From Thermoplasmata archaeon (lineage in GTDB: Archaea; Thermoplasmatota; Thermoplasmata; Halarchaeoplasmatales; Halarchaeoplasmataceae), in NCBI GenBank assembly GCA_046538435.1, contig JBKHIX010000002.1, positions 1 to 42,039 of the forward strand: a stretch of 42,039 bases of DNA. Reading direction: 5' to 3'. The position numbers and the translations under genes are program-made. The notes beneath the pieces are model-generated. The model was given only the letters and a program-made list of their open reading frames with translations. It had not been told where the DNA came from and searched no databases. Below are positions 37,815 to 42,039 of the stretch, in pieces (the stretch's first letter is position 1; each line of letters starts with the position of its first letter).

Positions 37815-37950
37815 TTTTGTAGCAATTTCAATTATATTAATTATTCGGATAAGAATAATGTTTGCAACAAATTATTAATAACTTTTATCTTTTTGGTAAT
37901 TTCAACCATATCATTGAATAAGTTTTTTATGATAATAAAGGAGGAATAGG

Positions 37951-39147
37951 ATGTCAAAGAATATATCTGCAGAAATAATATATGAAACGCCGATTGAGGA
38001 ACAAAAGATAGAGATAGTAGAAAGGAAGGGAATAGGTCATCCAGATAGTATCGCCGATGCAATAGCTGAAGAAGTCAGTAAAAATCTTTCAAGGATGTAT
38101 CTGGATGAGTATGATAGGATCTTACATCATAATACAGATGAAACTCAGATAGTGGGCGGACAGGCTGAACCAAGTTTTGGAGGGGGTATACTTCTAGAGC
38201 CTATCTACATACTTCTAGTAGGAAGGGCTGTAACAAGAATTGGAGATAATAGATTACCATATAGATCTACTGCATTAAGAGCTGCTAGGGATTATTTAGA
38301 AGAAACCTGCCCACACCTCGATGCTGATGAAGATGTCATCCTCGATTGTAGAATTGGTAAAGGTTCGATAGATTTGATGGAAGTCTATGACACCAAAAAG
38401 GGATTAGCTAATGATACTTCATTCGGCGTTTCTTTCGCACCCTTGAGTGAAACAGAAAGATTGACCTTGGAAACCGAGAAGTATCTCAATGGTACTCTAA
38501 AATCCGAACTACCGGAAGTCGGACAGGACATCAAGGTGATGGCTACTAGGAATAAGGATTCTATAGATCTGACAATCGCTGCTGCTATGGTTGACAAATT
38601 CGTACCAGATAACGATCACTATATCAGTGTAAAACAGGATCTGAAAGAAAGGATAATAAAAAAGGCAGAGAAGACAACAGATAGAGATGTAAACGTTATG
38701 ATCAATACTGCTGATGATTATGAAAATGATGTTTATTACCTAACAGTAACTGGATTATCGATGGAGAATGGAGACGATGGTTCTGTTGGAAGAGGTAACA
38801 GAATAAATGGGTTGATAACACCTTTCAGACCAATGAGTATGGAAGCATCCGCAGGCAAGAATCCCGTTACCCACGTTGGTAAAATATACAATATAGCTTC
38901 TAATGAGATTGCTCAGAAGATATACGAAGAAGAAAGTGATGGTATTCACGAAGTTTTCGTTAGGTTAGTTTCTCAGATTGGCAAACCTATCAGCGAACCT
39001 CAGGTTGCCAGTATACAGATGGTAGTAGCTGAAGGGGGAAACAAGAATACAAAACTCGATAACGCTGAAGCCATCGCTGAAGATTATCTAGACAATATCC
39101 ATAAAATAAAAGATAGGATATTGAATGATGAGATAACCGTATTCTAG
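37951..39147 (+). CDS. mat: Archaeal-type S-adenosylmethionine synthetase
   Basis: 398 aa. [27 protein letters not shown] and [24 protein letters not shown] at 37939-37944 lies 6 nt upstream of the ATG. Confidence 0.95.
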   Translation: MSKNISAEIIYETPIEEQKIEIVERKGIGHPDSIADAIAEEVSKNLSRMYLDEYDRILHHNTDETQIVGGQAEPSFGGGILLEPIYILLVGRAVTRIGDNRLPYRSTALRAARDYLEETCPHLDADEDVILDCRIGKGSIDLMEVYDTKKGLANDTSFGVSFAPLSETERLTLETEKYLNGTLKSELPEVGQDIKVMATRNKDSIDLTIAAAMVDKFVPDNDHYISVKQDLKERIIKKAEKTTDRDVNVMINTADDYENDVYYLTVTGLSMENGDDGSVGRGNRINGLITPFRPMSMEASAGKNPVTHVGKIYNIASNEIAQKIYEEESDGIHEVFVRLVSQIGKPISEPQVASIQMVVAEGGNKNTKLDNAEAIAEDYLDNIHKIKDRILNDEITVF

Positions 39148-40361
39148 TCTAGAGCTATCGTAGCATATACTTTACAGTCTCTTACCATGTAGTCCAGTAC
39201 AGCATATTCATTAGGTTGATGAGCAAGCTCTTCATTCGAGCACCAAACGACTGCAGGTATGTCTTCTCTTCTGAGTAGTGCTGCAACAGTGCCTCCACCT
39301 ATTCCTACAGGTTCCGGATCAACACCCAAAACATCCTTCACTGCTTTCTTCAGTTTTACAACGACTTCAGAATCTTCAGGTGTTCTTTTTGGAGCTTCTT
39401 TATCTTTTGGCATTTCTAATTCTATCTCTGCACCTGTTTCTTCTTCTAATTCATCTTTCACTTCTTCGAAGATATTTGTAACATCATCTAGGTCAATAGA
39501 AGGAAGTACTCTGCAGTCGAAGTACTGTACTTCTTTCCCTGGAATTGTATTCACGTTGGGAACGTTGGCTAGTCTTTTCGTTGGCTCGAATGTACTAAAT
39601 GGGGGTGAAAATAGATCATCTTCCTGGTCCAGTTCTTCATGTAATCTTTCATCGACTAAATACTGATACTTTGCCATCACTCTATTAGCATTGATTGTGG
39701 AACCTGGCATGGCTGCATGACCCTGTTGTCCATGAACAGCGATCTTAACCCAAAGACCTGATTTTTCAACGATCTCTATTTTTTTACCCTGCTCTTCGCT
39801 GTGGTCTGGAACGATGACGATATCATCTTCATCTATTAATCCCTCGTCTATAATATGTCCAACACCGTACTTACTTCCAGTTTCTTCATCGGATACCATC
39901 ATTATTTTGATATTCAATTCAGGAGTCACTCCTGCTTCTGTGATGGCTTTGACCAGATATATACCAGCTATCAGTTCCTGGCCATTATCTTCTGCTCCCC
40001 TTCCATATATCTTACCATCTTTGAAGACAGGATCGAAAGGATCAGTTTCCCATTCATCAAGATCACCTTCTGGAACTATGTCAATGTGAGCGATTATAAC
40101 TAAATTCTTATCGCTCTTTCCCTCTTTTGTCGCAACGATATTGGGTCTTATTCCAGATGGAACCCTATCATCCTTCGCATCGTATCTTTCTATTTTATCG
40201 AATCCAAAATCTTCTATCATGTCTTCGATAAACTCCGCCTTCTTCAGTTCACCATCTCCGCCATTATCTGGACCTAAGGCTGGTATCTTTAAAATCTCTA
40301 TCAAAGAATCTTTCATCTCTCCTCTAAGCTCATCTATCTTGCTAATAACTTCTTTTTCCAT
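39144..40361 (-). CDS. M20-family metallopeptidase (ArgE/DapE/ACY1-like)
   Basis: 405 aa. IIAHIDIVPEGD, GRGAEDNGQ and VSDEETGS metal-ligand contexts. It overlaps the mat stop by 4 nt (convergent). Confidence 0.85.
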   Translation of the reverse strand: MEKEVISKIDELRGEMKDSLIEILKIPALGPDNGGDGELKKAEFIEDMIEDFGFDKIERYDAKDDRVPSGIRPNIVATKEGKSDKNLVIIAHIDIVPEGDLDEWETDPFDPVFKDGKIYGRGAEDNGQELIAGIYLVKAITEAGVTPELNIKIMMVSDEETGSKYGVGHIIDEGLIDEDDIVIVPDHSEEQGKKIEIVEKSGLWVKIAVHGQQGHAAMPGSTINANRVMAKYQYLVDERLHEELDQEDDLFSPPFSTFEPTKRLANVPNVNTIPGKEVQYFDCRVLPSIDLDDVTNIFEEVKDELEEETGAEIELEMPKDKEAPKRTPEDSEVVVKLKKAVKDVLGVDPEPVGIGGGTVAALLRREDIPAVVWCSNEELAHQPNEYAVLDYMVRDCKVYATIALD

Positions 40362-40398
40362 CTTACCACCAGGGGAATATCAATTCCTACATCTGAAT

Positions 40399-40950
40399 TT
40401 ATGCAGGTAAAGGATGTTCTTCGTAATCCTTCTTGATATCTTCCCCAGTTAAATCGAGATATATTTGAGTTGTGGTTAAAGAAGAATGTCCCAACATCTT
40501 CTGTACGCTTCTTAGGTTCATCCCAGATTTTAAACAATGTACAGCAAAACTATGTCTCAGCATGTGTGGATATACGTTTTTCTTGATATCTGCTTTTTTA
40601 GCGTATTTCTTAACAATCCTTTCTATCTGTCTTGTTGACAGTGGTTTTCCTCTTTCGGATAAAATCAAGGTGCCTTCTTCAGCTCCAGCCATATAGAATT
40701 CGATCATATCAAGTGTATCTGCATCCACAGGTACGACTCTATCCTTATCTCCTTTGCCGCCCCTAACAGTTATCATACCTTCGTCAAAATCGATATCTTG
40801 TATTTTCAAATTGGTCAATTCGGAAACTCTTAAACCGCATCTATAAAGAATACGTAAAATCAACCTATCTCTGGTCTTTTTTCTATCAGGAGCACTCAAT
40901 AATTTACGAACTTCATCTTCTCTTAAATATTTAGGCAGCTTGCGTCCCAT
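40399..40950 (-). CDS. Tyrosine recombinase, catalytic domain only (XerA/XerC-like)
   Basis: 183 aa. Catalytic contexts GLRVSE (Arg), GKGDKDRVVPV (Lys), HMLRHSFAV (His-x-x-Arg), LGHSS (His) and TQIYLD (Tyr). No N-terminal core-binding domain is present, and there is no coding remnant in the 108 nt upstream. Confidence 0.85.
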   Translation of the reverse strand: MGRKLPKYLREDEVRKLLSAPDRKKTRDRLILRILYRCGLRVSELTNLKIQDIDFDEGMITVRGGKGDKDRVVPVDADTLDMIEFYMAGAEEGTLILSERGKPLSTRQIERIVKKYAKKADIKKNVYPHMLRHSFAVHCLKSGMNLRSVQKMLGHSSLTTTQIYLDLTGEDIKKDYEEHPLPA

Positions 40951-41058
40951 AAACCCACCATGTCTGACACTTTGTATGACAAAAATAGTGTTCGCAGATT
41001 ATAAAAAGATTTTGGAAAGGTGTTTAAGATGATTTATTTACTTTTCAATCTTAAAAAT

Positions 41059-41928
41059 TCAGATTTTTTTGTTTTCATATTTCATCTGTTTCAATCTTTC
41101 TTCCTTATTCCAGTTTAGTGCTATGGGTCCAGCCAATAATAGTAAAGTACCGATAACGGATATATTCATCAGATAGATAAACATCTCTAGATTGGTCAAT
41201 ATAGATGTCTTCGTAAAAGCCATGTTCGTGACATTCAAATATACAAATATAAATGCAGCCATTGGACCAGTGGATCTTACTATAAGTCCGGTCCACATCG
41301 TATATTCCACTTTTTTAGAGACCAATTCTTTAATCAAATAAATGTACACCAATGATGTCAAAATACCCATCAGAAGAGACAAAATCGGAGATATATAAAA
41401 TATAGACTTTAAAGAGCCAAAAGCTGCTGATTTACTTTCGTAGTTTTGTATAGGTTCCATCAAAACAGTGGTTATTATTAGAGAAACGAACACCAGAAAG
41501 ACAAGTATGATGAATATTTTACCAGCTACTTCTATGTTTCTTTTCTGTTCTTTCACGAAGTATTCTTTGGATATGTATATGAAATAAATACCCCCAAGAA
41601 TAGAGGCGATAGCTATCAAACCGGGTATCTCTAAAAAACAGCATGTCTGTGAGAATGTCCCACCTTTAGCTTTACTTATTCTCTGCATAGAATTAAGAAA
41701 ACTTACGATGTTATCAAAGATTGTGAAAACTAGACCCATCAAAAGTAGAGAATAACCTCTTTTCAGATCTTTTTTATATTCATTAGTATCACTATCCTCA
41801 GGAGTCTTAAACTCCTTTGCTTTTTCATTTACCTTTTTATCAGGGTCACTACTTTCTTCTTTATTGTTTTCTTGAGCTTCATCAGTACTTGTTTTCTGCT
41901 CAAATTCCTCCAAAGTTATAACCCTCAT
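41059..41928 (-). CDS. Hypothetical polytopic membrane protein with acidic N-terminal tail
   Basis: 289 aa. About 60 acidic/lysine-rich N-terminal residues are followed by about 6 hydrophobic helices. I did not recognise a family. Confidence 0.55.
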   Translation of the reverse strand: MRVITLEEFEQKTSTDEAQENNKEESSDPDKKVNEKAKEFKTPEDSDTNEYKKDLKRGYSLLLMGLVFTIFDNIVSFLNSMQRISKAKGGTFSQTCCFLEIPGLIAIASILGGIYFIYISKEYFVKEQKRNIEVAGKIFIILVFLVFVSLIITTVLMEPIQNYESKSAAFGSLKSIFYISPILSLLMGILTSLVYIYLIKELVSKKVEYTMWTGLIVRSTGPMAAFIFVYLNVTNMAFTKTSILTNLEMFIYLMNISVIGTLLLLAGPIALNWNKEERLKQMKYENKKI

Positions 41929-42039
41929 ATCCTGGATTAATTATTGCTATTAAAAATTTTTGATACTATTAATTACAGGAGAAAGGGGCTTCATCCCGAA
42001 ATGTTTATAATTAGATTCTACTCTAATTATAATTACCTT

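Noticed and set aside
37841-38062. 73-aa minus-strand ORF across the mat start.
   Set aside because: It overlaps the SAM synthetase 5' end and the AT-rich promoter spacer. It is hydrophobic and low-complexity, has no SD, and is most likely spurious.
40399-41928. Possibility that the recombinase plus the unknown membrane protein mark an integrated mobile element.
   Set aside because: There are no flanking direct repeats, no tRNA target, no viral or plasmid genes and no obvious compositional shift within the window. There is not enough evidence to call a mobile element.
41929-42039. AT-rich region with a 10-bp perfect inverted repeat tataattaga/tctaattata (42006-42015 and 42022-42031) and repeated attaatta.
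   Set aside because: Palindromes of this size are expected by chance in such AT-rich DNA. The region is at the window edge and is most simply the promoter of the membrane-protein gene. There is no supporting second copy or att-like duplication near the recombinase.

Overview
This is an AT-rich, very gene-dense archaeal chromosomal segment. I call 43 protein genes, and my coordinate tally puts coding at roughly 95%. Several convergent gene ends overlap.

The archaeal origin is clear from the core genes:
- Replication and chromosome biology: Orc1/Cdc6, thymidylate kinase, SMC + ScpA.
- Protein folding: group II chaperonin (thermosome).
- Translation and RNA: Sm-like protein + ribosomal protein eL37, archaeosine tRNA-guanine transglycosylase, ABCE1, the DUF655-Rpo4(RpoF)-eL21-Pus10 cluster, aIF5B.
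- Metabolism: archaeal-type SAM synthetase, a NifS-like cysteine desulfurase.

Many proteins are strongly acidic. GGAGG/GGTGA Shine-Dalgarno motifs are frequent, and TTG/GTG starts occur. This suggests a salt-adapted, streamlined archaeon, but that is inference only.

Accessory content:
- A nine-gene Mrp/Mbh-type cation antiporter cluster with tandem MrpD paralogues.
- A Kef-type CPA2 antiporter next to a small AbrB/ACT protein.
- A 1611-aa membrane-anchored S8 protease with five PKD modules.
- Two GNAT acetyltransferases, an M20 peptidase and an MgtC-like protein.
- A catalytic-domain-only tyrosine recombinase.

I saw no rRNA, no complete tRNA, no CRISPR array and no transposon.

The most unusual items:
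1. A coiled-coil/bactofilin-like/zinc-ribbon gene fused into an apparent operon with orc1 and a membrane-anchored double OB-fold protein.
2. A stand-alone Mbh-order Mrp module with no MrpA and no hydrogenase.
3. An HTH-CBS regulator divergent from SAM synthetase.
4. A SemiSWEET-like 3-TM protein translationally coupled to tmk.
5. A G/C-richer structured spacer upstream of smc.

All family assignments come from motif recognition by eye, not from database searches.
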